Below are positions 26,380 through 39,465 of a DNA stretch of 64,000 nt, piece by piece; position 1 is the first letter of the stretch; every line of letters begins with the position of its first letter. The notes beneath the pieces were generated by a model. It searched no databases. It saw only the letters and a list, made by a program, of their open reading frames with translations, and was not told the DNA's origin. Location: the NCBI RefSeq assembly GCF_001194135.2, contig NC_069007.1:883185-947184 (forward strand). Reading direction: 5' to 3'. The position numbers and the translations under genes are program-made. The stretch comes from Octopus bimaculoides (taxonomy: Eukaryota).

Positions 26380-26800
26380 AACTTTATAGAAATCGTGTTT
26401 GGCAAGATTTTCCGATCTTTCTTACCATCTTTCGTAACACCTAACATCCCTTTAAAGTCTCGGATTATTCTTGTGCCAATATTTTACGGCCTCGAATTCC
26501 CATTTTGTTCCTGATATTTCAATTTCTTTATAGCTGAATAATTTTTCACTTTTCTTTACGAAACTATCAACGCGATTCCCTCATAAACACATCCATTAGC
26601 GAGAACGACTTACTGTCTTTTATAACAATTCTAGTCGGTTCACTCTTACCTCCGAATATTTACTTGTAATACCAAGACAATCCTGCAATTTTGTTATGCT
26701 CTACAGTCTCTCAGAAATGCTTATTCCAATCTTCCTGCTAGGTCCCACAACGTCTTATATGTCTTCGAGTAGGGGTTAGTAGTAAACCGGTCATAACGAT
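26380..26800 (-). mobile_element. Possible highly decayed LINE 3' fragment
   Basis: Minus-strand IIRDFKGMLGVTKDGKKDRKI weakly resembles LINE C-termini (IREDLK.LG.T..MAKDR..W). There are many stops. Confidence 0.35.
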
Positions 26801-26878
26801 ACATTCGCCCAGTGTGTTACAGATTCTCTTCAAGCATTTTTCAAAAACTCTGACTTATTCGTATCTTTATTCGCAATA

Positions 26879-27090
26879 AGACTGGCAGAGTCGTTTGCAC
26901 GACGAATAAAATGTTTTGCAGCATTTAATCAATCCTTAAGTTCTGAATTCGAATCCCACGGTGGCTTCTAATGCGATTCATCGTTTTGGGGACGAAAAAA
27001 AAGTGCCAGTGGAGTAGAGGAGTCAATAAATCAACCCTCACCTTTCCCACAAATTTCAGGCCTTGTGCTTTGGGTAGAAATTTATTATTA
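26879..27090 (+). mobile_element. SINE family A degenerate full-length copy
   Basis: ACTGGCAGAGTCGTT head and CAAATTTCAGGCCTTGTGC..GTAGAAATTTATTATT tail. Confidence 0.7.
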
Positions 27091-27101
27091 ATATCATTAT
27101 T

Positions 27102-27427
27102 GGCGCAGGAGTGGTCCCAGGTTTAGTCCCACTGCGTGGCACCTTGGGTAAGTGTCTTCTACTATAGCCTCGGGCCGACCAAAGCCTTGTGAGTGGATTT
27201 GGTAGACAGGAACAGAAAGAAGCCCGTCGTATGTATATGTGTGTGTATATATATATGTATGTGTGTGTATATGTTTGTGTGTGTGTCCCCCCTCCCAAAA
27301 TCGCTTGACATCGATGCTGGAGTGTTTACGTCCCCGTATCTTAGCGGTTCGGCAAAATAGACCGATAGAAAAAGTACTAGGCTTACAAAGAATAAAACCT
27401 GGGGTCGATTTGCTCGACTAAAGGCGG
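27102..27427 (+). mobile_element. SINE family B copy (tRNA-like head, internal TA/TG microsatellite)
   Basis: GGCGCAGGAGTGG...GTCCCACTGCGTGGCACCTTGGG.AAGTGTCTTCTACTATAGCCTCGGGCCGACCAAAGCCTTGTGAGTGGATTTGGTAGAC, then a microsatellite, then TTAGCGGTTCGGCAAAA..GACCGATAGAA..GGGGTCGATTTGCTCGACTAAAGGCGG. Confidence 0.9.
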
Positions 27428-27684
27428 TTTTGTTCCATTTATATTTTATAGTTTGTAAACTTTCCGGTGTTGGTTTCGCGTGTGTTTCACTGAGACATCG
27501 TCCAAAGGAGAAACTGTGCTTTGTATGGCAGTACAATTTCTTCTGTGATTATTTTCGTTAAGAGACCGCTTCCTTCAAGTCTTCCACAGGTTCCTTTATC
27601 CCTTTCTATCGATGTTATTAGATTAGATTTGTTTCTGAATGGGGAGTCCGGTGTAGCACATCCATGTTGTTGTTGTTATCATCA

Positions 27685-27715
<31 letters not shown>

Positions 27716-27742
27716 TATTATCATCATCATTATTCGTTTCAT

Positions 27743-27870
27743 GTGGCGAGCTGTCAGAATCGTTAGTACGTCGGAAAAATGCCTAGTGCCTTTTCTCCCG
27801 TTTTTATGTTCTGAGTTCAAATTCCGCTGAAGTCATCTTCGCCTTTTACCTTTTCAGGGTCCATAAAATA
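27743..27870 (+). mobile_element. SINE family A 5' half
   Basis: GGCGAGCTGTCAGAATCGTTAGTACG...GTTCTGAGTTCAAATTCCGCTGAAGTC. Confidence 0.8.
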
Positions 27871-28384
27871 GTAGTAGCAGTGGTAGTAGCAGCAGTAGTA
27901 GTAGTAGTAGTAGTAATATTATTATATATTTTAAAGAACAAAAATCCATTCTCTACATTCTAGGAAAATCTTTATTTTAACAACATGATTCCCCCATCCC
28001 ATACCACCACCACCAACCACCCACCCGCCACCTTCACATCACGAAAAGGAACGAAACAAAAAGCAAACAAATTGAACACCAACTAAAATCCATTACTAAA
28101 CGTCAATGGAAGAGTGAAATAGAGAGAGAGAGAAAGAAAGGGGTAGAGAGAGAGAGAGAGAGAGAGCGAGAGCGAGGGAGAGACAAAGACAGGAGCAGAA
28201 AGAGAAAGAGAGAGGGAGAGTGATGGAAAAAGAGAGAAAAAGATAGAAGTTTCGAATATCAATGAGCAGGTTATCTAAGCAATAAAATTAATGCCCTCCA
28301 ATCTCTGGGATATTAATATATATATATATTTTCAGTTACACGATTTAGGTTGCTACTTCAAAGAATGAGCAGCTATTGAAGAAA

Positions 28385-28560
28385 AAAAGGCCAATAATAA
28401 TAATAATAACAGAATAATAACAATAATAATAATAATAATAATAGTAGTAGATAATAATAATAATAATAATAATAATAAATGTTAATAATAATAATAATAG
28501 TAATAATAATAATAATAATGAATGATAATAATATTAATAATAATAATAACAAAAACAATG

Positions 28561-28611
<51 letters not shown>

Positions 28612-28612
28612 T
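28385..28612 (+). repeat. (AAT)n microsatellite
   Basis: Seen directly. Confidence 0.95.
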
Positions 28613-28890
28613 TGGTGTACGGTTATAATAATATGAAGAAAGAACAGAAATATTAAGAATATAAAAATTCAACAAAAGCAACATATGAAAACATTGTGTC
28701 GTGGTGTNNNNNNNNNNNNNNNNNNNNNNNNNNNNNNNNNNNNNNNNNNNNNNNNNNNNNNNNNNNNNNNNNNNNNNNNNNNNNNNNNNNNNNNNNNNNN
28801 NNNNNNNTATTATATAATATATAATATATATATAATATATATATTATATAATATATAATATATATATGATATATATATAATATATATATA

Positions 28891-28922
<32 letters not shown>

Positions 28923-29880
28923 AATATATATATATATAATATATATATGTATGTATGTATGGATGGATGTATGTATGTATGTATAAGACGAGCCTGTGTT
29001 AGTCTCTAACCTTCTTAAAGTTATTTTTTGCTCATGCTTCCTTAGTAGATCCGTATGTCTAGTTTTGAATACGAACTTTCCAAGCACCATTAATGTTCCA
29101 AAAGCCCTCTCGGCTCCATGGTATAAACAATAAAATAACAGTGGCGAGGTGCTGTTGACTTTTACATGAAGCAGCAAATGACCATGAGAACGATGTCTTC
29201 AATGATATAATCTTCAGCACCGCTTATAACATTGTTTAATCTTTAATTCCACGTTACTTTCGTAATTTATATTATCACTGCTCGAGCTTTTATTTGGATA
29301 TTAATTAATATTCCATAGCGTTTCTTTTTTCCTGATGTTTTGTGAATTTCGGCACAGAATGGTGGTTTAACCAAGAAATTCTTTAATATCTTTCTCAGTT
29401 CGTTTGTTTCATTAAGTTTTCTTTCATATTATTGTATTAAAGTATTTCGCTTCGTTTTGAGCAATAAATTTTCTGAAGCCATTATCAACCAAACATACTA
29501 ATTAAATATAGGAATCTAAAAGAGGATGTATATATTCTAACAATAAGATTTCATTTCTAAAATTCCTGCGATACATTCTACAGGATTCATAGTCATATAT
29601 TATAAAAGAAGACTTTACTGGTGTTAATTACATATTACACCCTGAAGATAACAGGTGGAAATTCTAGAAACATCGAAGATTGATTTAAGAATTCAAATGT
29701 CTCAAAGACATTGCAACAGACCCAAATGGGAATGTAGAAAAATACCTTAATAAAAAGAAAGGTAGAACAGAACAACATCGTGTTCCCTACACATCACACA
29801 ATTGCTACCCCCCACATACACAGACGCACAGACACACACTTACGCATATACATACATTTATATATGTACGCATACATTTA

Positions 29881-29911
<31 letters not shown>

Positions 29912-29933
29912 CTACATATATATATATATATAA

Positions 29934-29967
<34 letters not shown>

Positions 29968-30386
29968 GTACATGCATATATACAAATAGATATGTATGTC
30001 TGTATGTATGCATGTATCCACGCCACAGCGTTTCGTTTTCTCAGCAAAATATTTCGTGTTTCCTTTCTCTCTATGCCGTTATGTTTAATGCGTTTCCTGT
30101 TTTGTGTATAACTAAAGAATGTTTTATGTGATTTTCAAATATAACATTGTATTTTCGGAAAATAGAATCTTCACAAACATAGAATAGACGACTGAACTGC
30201 TGAATTAAAGCATAGAATATGTATTGTACATGGCGAATCAATAATATAACCTAGATATCACTAGATAAATCCCTCCAGAATATACGAAGGGAGTTTTTTT
30301 TTTTCTCAAAATATGAAAATTATGTTTAACATACACCATTAAGAACAGGGGTTTTAATAATCGGAATACACGCACGCAGACAGACA

Positions 30387-30432
<46 letters not shown>

Positions 30433-30873
30433 TCCGCACGCGCGTACGTATTAACACAGCCATGAAAAATAAATGACAAACAAATAATAGACATCCTTTT
30501 TAAATAATGCATTGAACTGTATGCGTTTACTATGAAAAATGTATTTTCTGATAACATTTGTTTTTGAAAATAACCTTCAACGTAGGAGTTGTGTGGTTGT
30601 CGATCAACTCGCTAGAAATAGCAACAAAATATCCTCAAACCTCATCCTGGCTTGTTTACAGAACGGTGGGACTCAATGAGGTACCTAAATTTACATTTAC
30701 AAAATAAATAAGTATTGTGCAATCATTCAGGGTGTATTTAAAGCAGGGCGACCGCTGCAGCAACAACGACCTCCAATATTGCATAAATTCCTGAATACAT
30801 AGAATTGGAATCAAATGGGAACTTATATCAAAAACCTTAGTAATACTATGTCTGATCAGTAAGTATCTGTTCT

Positions 30874-30887
30874 GTTGCCATAGTAAC
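30874..30887. promoter_or_regulatory. RFX X-box-like motif
   Basis: GTTGCCATAGTAAC closely matches the palindromic X-box consensus GTTNCCATGGNAAC. Function is untested. Confidence 0.35.
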
Positions 30888-32884
30888 GAAGCTATGTCAT
30901 GGTCAATGCGACGATGACATGCTACACACCTTCTTTCCAAGTACTGCTGAAAACAGGTGGAAGTGAGCTAGAATGTTAAACCTTTGTGCCCAGGCACAGC
31001 AGGGTTAAAGGTGCGTCTGTACCAACTGGCTTTACTCTGCATGTTTTGGCTTCGCTACTTTCGCAACAGTCTTGTTACTTATTGATCAGACCAAGTATAT
31101 TTGTGAAAACGAATTCTTTTCGGAGCAATGTGCTCATTTTGACAAATGCATTGTGAATGGTATCTCTTCCATATAAGCACTCACACACACACACACACAC
31201 ACACACGCACGCACACACACACACACACACGGAGGTTTTCTTATACATCAATGCTAGACTTTGGTCTATGCCATTTTAAACGAGCTGGCAGTAGAATTTG
31301 TTGACTGAAGATTGACGCGTATCGGTCACGAATTCGTACGGTGTTTGTATTGAATAAACAACTCGCTCGTCACCAATAATTTATAGAGAACTCGTCCTTT
31401 CCAACTACATGGAAGTGTAGACATTATATACGCGTATGTCTGTGTGTTTATGCAAGTATATGTATATATGTGTGTGCATGTGTGAAACTCTTTCTTCCCA
31501 TCTACATGGAAATGTAGATATTATATGTGTGTGCCTGTGTTTATGCAGGTATATGTGTATATATATAAACGTGTGTCTGTGTGTGTGTGTGGGAGTGTAT
31601 TATTCCGTGTCTGTATGTACGTATCTGTGTATTTGTGCGTATGTGTGTGTGTGTGTTTCTTCCGTGGAGTATGGGAACCAATACGTTTGAATTACTAATA
31701 CGGTTTTGTATATATTCTCAACTGTTTCAGCGGAGTTGTCTCCTCTTCTTTAAATGCCTGCTTTCCATTTCTGCAACCGCCGAGAACGATGAAACAGACG
31801 TAAACGAATTAACGGCAAAAATATATTGGACAAAATATCTTTTGAGTGGGTTGCCAATGCATGGCCATGTTCGAATGACGAATGAACTGAGACAAAAAGA
31901 CAAAAAAAAAATGAATAAATATTTTACAAAACTAATATATCTGAAAGACACAGCTAGAACGACAGAATTTTTTTCAGAGATACTTTACTTCGATATTTTT
32001 TTTTCTCTTGCTAAATACTGCTGAATCTAGTTGTCAATATATGCGGCAGGTGTTTGAAACGGTTTAAAGTTCCGAAGAAAGTTTCGAAAATCTATAAACT
32101 CTCAAGATATTACACTTTGACATTTATTTCAATCGATAATGAAGCTAAAGGAACCAATAGGCGAAGTCTATACAGAATCTTGGTCTCAACTCGAAACAAA
32201 ACATTTCTATAATTTATATTTTTAAAATTATTTTTGTCAATGATTCATGGCGTTGAAAACATTCCAGTGCAAGGCCTAACAGTTCGAACGGGTTTCTTCA
32301 TAAATTTGTTGGTTGATGAGAGTAAAACGACGAAATCAGCAACACTAAGGAATGAAAGGTATTCTTCATTAACGGTGGATGGTCACGTTCGGCTTGTGTC
32401 ACTTTAATCTAAGCTATAAAATGAAATAAAAGGAAAACCTAAATGCTTACTATGTTGCAACGTGAGTGTAATCGAGTAAATATCTCGGTTTGGGATTATC
32501 GTCTTAATCCTACATGTCTACTAAGAATGTTTGTTAATAAAATTTCCAATATCAACTGCAACTTTCTTTGTTCAATTAATTAAACTTGATCTGACGATAT
32601 ATATGATCGAGCCATTTCAGGATCAAAGAGAAGCCACCCGTGGCCATCTCTCAAGTTCGACAGGGATATTATATCATTGCTATTTTTGTGACCTACGCTG
32701 AAATCCTAAAATACTGGCCTGCTATTTCTAGCAGGTCCAGCACACACCGAAGTTGTTTCGTTACATTCTTTGGTCTCTTAGAGCGACGCTGATATAAAGA
32801 ATTTATTGTAATTTTTGCTTCTATTATCACTCATCAGATGGCGCGTAATAAAAGGAATATGATTGAAAGACAGTTCTGCCACTG

Positions 32885-33070
32885 TGGCTTCGAAACCGGC
32901 GTTGGTTTGTTTATTCCTACCACCACCAATAAATTAGCAGTTCGGCAAAATAGTCGAAACGAAATAATATGTTAAGAGTCATAAAAACAAATAAGAAATG
33001 GATTCAATATGTTTGAAGAAAATTTTCAACGCGGTGCCCCAGTATGGCCGCACTCCGATAATTGAAACGC
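32885..33070 (+). mobile_element. SINE family B degenerate 3' fragment
   Basis: AACCGGCGTTGGTTTGTTTA..TTAGCAGTTCGGCAAAA..GCGGTGCCCCAGTATGGCCGCA. Confidence 0.65.
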
Positions 33071-33164
33071 TGTAAAAACCGGGAACTGATGCGACCTACT
33101 GGCAGAAACAATTTTCATGCTTGCACAGGAGGGATGACGTTATTTCCCACCAGAGGGATTGTGC

Positions 33165-33225
33165 TCAGGTAGCATTGATTTTGGTGGGAAGAATAAAATC
33201 CGATACTTTTTGAATCCACCTCGTA
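33165..33225. mobile_element. Solo mariner-type terminal inverted repeat
   Basis: The reverse complement reads TACGAGGTGGATTCAAAAAGTATCGGATTTT, resembling mariner TIRs that begin at a TA target. No partner TIR was identified. Confidence 0.5.
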
Positions 33226-35062
33226 AAAAATAGCTCTCTTTGAGGAACGAAGAGAGACGGAAACACAACGCCATAGTTATTTTTCCTGGGTGCACATTTA
33301 ATACGATGATGAAAATAGCGAATTACCTTATGTCCGGTATAAAACAGATGAATTTTAAAAATATTCAAAAATCTGGAAATGACAGTCCGAGGAGATACGC
33401 AAACAATTTAAAATTGTATTTCATTAAAAATTTATTAAGTTCGTCTTATTGGGAAAAAAAGAATGATTTATTTCGTTAGCAAGTCAGTGTTGCAATTGGT
33501 TAACTGTTCAGGAAATCTGATTTCCGGCTTAATTGTTGATTATTCTAACTTCCGTTAGTTTCGATAGATTCGTTGTAATAGTATTCATTAGTTGATTGAA
33601 CTCTTTGTTATTATTATTTTTTTTATTATGTCATTAAGCTGATGGCTAAAAATCTGAACTTACTTAACGCCTTCAACATATTCACACACGGACTCTGATC
33701 TAAATATCGTCAGCCATTTTCTATTGAGCAACATTGTGGATATAAAGTCTTCACAGAGTGGAATAATTTATTTTTGCCTTAAGGAAAGAAGAAATGCAAG
33801 GTTTCAGGTAGGGACCGTTCAGTTGAGGGGAGAGGTATAAATAATTACTACTCAATTACCGCTGAGGTGAGACTTTGACAGAGTAGAAAACTTTTATTTT
33901 TTTAAGATGCGTGAGTATAAGCATGTGCAGCATAGCCCATCCCTCTCTCCTTTTCTCTCTCTCACACAGATACACATATATATGCATATTTGTATATATT
34001 TATTTACATACACAGGTATGTATAAAATGAGATGAAACAAACAGGAGAAATAGACATGAATCCATCTATCTGTAGCTCCTTCTATTCATTGTCTAGCAAT
34101 ATAACTCTCCCCATCACTGACACACTCACTCTCTCTCTTTCTCTCTCTTCTTGCCACTGGCAGTGACGCTTGACGTCTTATTGTCTACTGAGCAACAACC
34201 TTCTTTAGAAACACACACCGGAACATCCATGCAGAAAGCATTAAACGGAATAAAAACAGAGACTCCGGACCTCATCAACCTTCGCATCCAGCCTCGAAAG
34301 GGTTGGGCCTGCTTGTCTACAATCGGACTCGTTGGGCTTCAACAAGCTTCCAACCGACAGGATCACCCATCCCCATGGTCACGGCTGATAGGCATCTCAT
34401 CATGTATTTATTCAACGAGAACACACATCGACGTAAACAATAGCAACAGTTAAAAGGACGGCAACAAAAATGATAAGAATAGCGACAGCGAAACAAATGG
34501 TGGCATTTGTAGGTGGTATCTTTAGCTGCTAGAAATAGCAGCTGCAACCCTTGAAAACACGCCCTTTCGCACTAGAAAAATACAGGCAAGCATTACCTAT
34601 TTGATGATTTTGATATACATATATTTTAGTTAAGAACAAATTCTTCGTACTCAGAGTGTGAATGGCCTAGGTCATAAAGATAACTATTTGATCACCAATG
34701 CCTTCCAGTTAAATACCAAGAATGACAAAAACAACAGCAATAATAACTAATGTTTCGAGTTTATGCGTCACATAAACAAAACCAAGAATTAATTCCAGTT
34801 TCAATGACGTTCTGAAGAAGAAGAGTGGAATATGAGGCGTTCACAAAAGATTTTTTGAAAAATATAATCTATGAAATCATGAAATAAAGATTTTATCACG
34901 TTTTACTTTCAGAAAGAAAACACAAATGAAAGAAAGAAAATTTCTCTTTGACATCATCATATAAAGAAAACTATACACTTGGCAAAACGCTGCTTACATT
35001 TGTGCATATGTGTGTGCATATGTGTGTGTGTGTGTGTGTGTATGTATGTGTCTGTGTGTGTA

Positions 35063-35108
<46 letters not shown>

Positions 35109-36536
35109 CACACACACACACACAAACGCTCACACTTATGTTCAAGAATACGCATATATATATATATNNNNNNNNNNNNNNNNNNNNNNNNNNNNNNNNN
35201 NNNNNNNNNNNNNNNNNNNNNNNNNNNNNNNNNNNNNNNNNNNNNNNNNNNNNNNNNNNNNNNNNNNNNNNNNNNNNNNNNNNNNNNNNNNNNNNNNNNN
35301 NNNNNNNNNNNNNNNNNNNNNNNNNNNNNNNNNNNNNNNNNNNNNNNNNNNNNNNNNNNNNNNNNNNNNNNNNNNNNNNNNNNNNNNNNNNNNNNNNNNN
35401 NNNNNNNNNNNNNNNNNNNNNNNNNNNNNNNNNNNNNNNNNNNNNNNNNNNNNNNNNNNNNNNNNNNNNNNNNNNNNNNNNNNNNNNNNNNNNNNNNNNN
35501 NNNNNNNNNNNNNNNNNNNNNNNNNNNNNNNNNNNNNNNNNNNNNNNNNNNNNNNNNNNNNNNNNNNNNNNNNNNNNNNNNNNNNNNNNNNNNNNNNNNN
35601 NNNNNNNNNNNNNNNNNNNNNNNNNNNNNNNNNNNNNNNNNNNNNNNNNNNNNNNNNNNNNNNNNNNNNNNNNNNNNNNNNNNNNNNNNNNNNNNNNNNN
35701 NNNNNNNNNNNNNNNNNNNNNNNNNNNNNNNNNNNNNNNNNNNNNNNNNNNNNNNNNNNNNNNNNNNNNNNNNNNNNNNNNNNNNNNNNNNNNNNNNNNN
35801 NNNNNNNNNNNNNNNNNNNNNNNNNNNNATATATATATATATATATATATACAAATACATTGAGATATATGTGATCTATACTCACACACACTTCGATACG
35901 TATAACGGATATGGGAAAATCGTTTACCAGTCAATATAGAGTATGCTTTCTTAATGATTAACAAAGAGTAACATTTTTATCCAAGCTCATGAATTGCCGC
36001 TTGTCCTAAACACGTTGCTTCTCAGTTGCAATTAGTACAGATTGAAGGCAAAAGTCATTATGTACAGACATGAATCTTTATATCACTAATAGAACAGCAA
36101 TGTTTATTGCATGATTGAGAATCTTCTGTTGTTTCAAGAAGCGACAGAGCGTTCATTATTAGCTCGGTTTCTCCATATAAATTCATGTGACGACGCCACG
36201 ATGGTCAACTAATTTTTCTTCAATTTTTCATTTGAATATTATGTTTCTTAGATCAGCGTGAAAGCATAGATTCTGTCTTGCGACATAGCATTTTCATTTC
36301 CTTTTCTATAACTCAAACTAAAACTGTATTTCATAATTAACCTTTATCACCGATTTTTATTATAAAAACGAATTCAGTTATAAGTCTTCTCATCTGACAC
36401 TTGTAAAACAGTGGAGCAAAAAGATTTTTCTTTTACGTTTGTCCCAAAATATAATAAGATAATAAATGATCTCCGAATCTAGTGTCAGCACGCTAACAAA
36501 CACATGAATTAATGTATGTATGTATTATGCGTGTAT

Positions 36537-36810
36537 GGGGGCGCAACGGCCCAGTGGTTAAGGCAGCGGACTCGCAGTCATAGAATCGCGGTTTCGATTC
36601 CCACACCGGGCGTTGTGAGTGTTTATTGAGCAAAAACGCATAAAGCTCCACGTGGTTCCAGCAGGGGATGGTGGCGAACACTGCTGTATTCTTCCACCAC
36701 TACTTTCTCTCACTCTGTCTTCCTCTTTCTGTTCTACCTGTATTTCAAAGGGCCAGCCTTGCCACACACTGAATCTCCCCGAGAACTACGCTAAGGGTAC
36801 ATGTGTCTGT
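36537..36810 (+). mobile_element. SINE family C copy with a well-preserved tRNA-derived head
   Basis: GGGGCGCAACGGCCCAGTGGTTAAGGCAGCGGACTCGCAGTCATAGAATCGCGGTTTCGATTCCC carries Pol III A- and B-box-like motifs. The 3' part GAATCTCCCCGAGAACTACGCTAAGGGTACATGTGTCTGT is shared with 12780-13080. Confidence 0.85.
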
Positions 36811-36882
36811 ATATATATGTATATATATGTATATATTTTCTCACTTCCCGAGCGTTAAACTAATACATCTGTTTGTTGTTTA

Positions 36883-37829
36883 NNNNNNNNNNNNNNNNNN
36901 NNNNNNNNNNNNNNNNNNNNNNNNNNNNNNNNNNNNNNNNNNNNNNNNNNNNNNNNNNNNNNNNNNNNNNNNNNNNNNNNNNNNNNNNNNNNNNNNNNNN
37001 NNNNNNNNNNNNNNNNNNNNNNNNNNNNNNNNNNNNNNNNNNNNNNNNNNNNNNNNNNNNNNNNNNNNNNNNNNNNNNNNNNNNNNNNNNNNNNNNNNNN
37101 NNNNNNNNNNNNNNNNNNNNNNNNNNNNNNNNNNNNNNNNNNNNNNNNNNNNNNNNNNNNNNNNNNNNNNNNNNNNNNNNNNNNNNNNNNNNNNNNNNNN
37201 NNNNNNNNNNNNNNNNNNNNNNNNNNNNNNNNNNNNNNNNNNNNNNNNNNNNNNNNNNNNNNNNNNNNNNNNNNNNNNNNNNNNNNNNNNNNNNNNNNNN
37301 NNNNNNNNNNNNNNNNNNNNNNNNNNNNNNNNNNNNNNNNNNNNNNNNNNNNNNNNNNNNNNNNNNNNNNNNNNNNNNNNNNNNNNNNNNNNNNNNNNNN
37401 NNNNNNNNNNNNNNNNNNNNNNNNNNNNNNNNNNNNNNNNNNNNNNNNNNNNNNNNNNNNNNNNNNNNNNNNNNNNNNNNNNNNNNNNNNNNNNNNNNNN
37501 NNNNNNNNNNNNNNNNNNNNNNNNNNNNNNNNNNNNNNNNNNNNNNNNNNNNNNNNNNNNNNNNNNNNNNNNNNNNNNNNNNNNNNNNNNNNNNNNNNNN
37601 NNNNNNNNNNNNNNNNNNNNNNNNNNNNNNNNNNNNNNNNNNNNNNNNNNNNNNNNNNNNNNNNNNNNNNNNNNNNNNNNNNNNNNNNNNNNNNNNNNNN
37701 NNNNNNNNNNNNNNNNNNNNNNNNNNNNNNNNNNNNNNNNNNNNNNNNNNNNNNNNNNNNNNNNNNNNNNNNNNNNNNNNNNNNNNNNNNNNNNNNNNNN
37801 NNNNNNNNNNNNNNNNNNNNNNNNNNNNT
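36883..37829. other. Assembly gap (one of many N runs, others at ~15454, 21083, 35168, 49608, 51603, 52668, 56453, 60134, 61242)
   Basis: N runs, mostly flanked by TA/CA microsatellites. Confidence 0.98.
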
Positions 37830-38800
37830 AGATAGATAGATAGATATATAGATAGATAGATAGATAGATACATACATAGATAAATATACATATATCCATA
37901 TACATGTGTGATAGATAGATAGATATATAGATAGATTGATAGATAGATAGTATTCCGTCATTTGTAAACAAAGACAATCCACCATTTACCGCTGGTCCCT
38001 CGGTTTTTCTCAGCCGTTATCCCTACAGATATACATCGTTTTTTTGTCTTTTCTTAACTGTAGTATGGAATGATGGTTTACTAATTTGACTGCTGCATCA
38101 AATCGTGGGTCGATGGATAGATAGACAACGCATTTGGACAGGTAGACAAAAGGTTACGTAGACAGATGATACCTTATGATAACCCAACGACAGAAATAGC
38201 AATGATTTGTTGATAAACAAATACAAGGTCAATTACAGCAAGATACCGTTTCATTTCTTCTTTCTATCGCGTTTACTACGTATGGTTTAGTTTAACATGT
38301 AAGCAATTACAATACGTCCATGTACTTATATAATATTAAAGATCGGCTAATAGACTTTTCGGTATAGACTTGTTAGCAAGTCAAACATTATAATTGACAA
38401 TCAACAAATTTATTTCCAGGCCGTTCGTCTGTGAATACTAAATATATTTTACTGTGTTAGACGTTGAATATTTCGTGTTAGATTCACTACAGGCAAGATT
38501 AGATGTACATCTTAAGATAATTTACATTGCAAATGTTTGTATTAATGCAATTTTCCTTCGTTGTATGAGAAATGTCTTCGTTTTTCAGCAGAAATTCCCC
38601 AGATGACGAAAATGAATAGTATGTATGTACGTATGTAATGCATGTATGTATGTAATGCATGTATGTATGTATATATGTACATACATATACATACGTGAAT
38701 AAAACGAAAATCTATTTAATATCAAATACATACAAAACACTCTTGTTCAGTTCTCTGGTGAGCAGAGACAGAATCATTTATGTTATACTAACTCGCCAAT

Positions 38801-38840
<40 letters not shown>

Positions 38841-39204
38841 CTTCACTTGGAATTATTATTACTATTATTATTATCATTATCATCATCATCTTTATTATTA
38901 GTTAGTAGTAGTGGTGGTTGTGATGGTGGTAGCAGTTGTTGTCGTTGTTGTTGTTGTTGTTGTGGTGGTGGTGGTGATGGTGGTGGCAGTGTAGATATTC
39001 GTGCTGAAGATAGCATGAGTAAGAGTGGATGGAAATGATTTCGGAGTCCAATGAATTTTGGCTCGTATTTTCCTCCTTTCTAAGACGAAAATAATAGAAA
39101 ATTACCCGCGGAATTATTGAGAATGTGGGCGAAGGTACGGACTGTGATTTGATTAGAATACAATCTTTGCGAAACCATTAATACATATGTGTGTGCCTAG
39201 AGAG

Positions 39205-39465
39205 AAGGTACTCTATGGCCCAATGTTTAAGAAGTTCGTTTCGCAGCCACCTGGTCCTGATTCCGATCCCAGATACACCAGGAGAGCATATTTTATGTAA
39301 CCGCTGGTCGATCCATATTTTGTGATTGAAATTGAGGGGATGGAAGCTGGATAGCCGCGTCAAGCACTGATTCTACCTTAGAATTAAAGGTAGACGTGCC
39401 TGTGGAATTCCACGCGTTAATTCATGAGCAAGTCAAAGGATCGGACAAGTGAATCCTCAAAGCCG
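39205..39465 (+). mobile_element. Degenerate SINE (family C-like tail)
   Basis: Eroded tRNA-like head (GGCCCAATG.TTAAG...TTCCGATCCC) and ACGTGCCTGTGGA..CACGCGTTAATT.CATGAGCA similar to the 12780 tail. Confidence 0.5.

Noticed and set aside
29213-29232. REST/NRSE site
   Set aside because: Only the left half (TTCAGCACC) is present.
36537-36610. Functional tRNA gene
   Set aside because: The acceptor stem is poor and the sequence continues into a body shared with other dispersed copies, so it is a SINE head.
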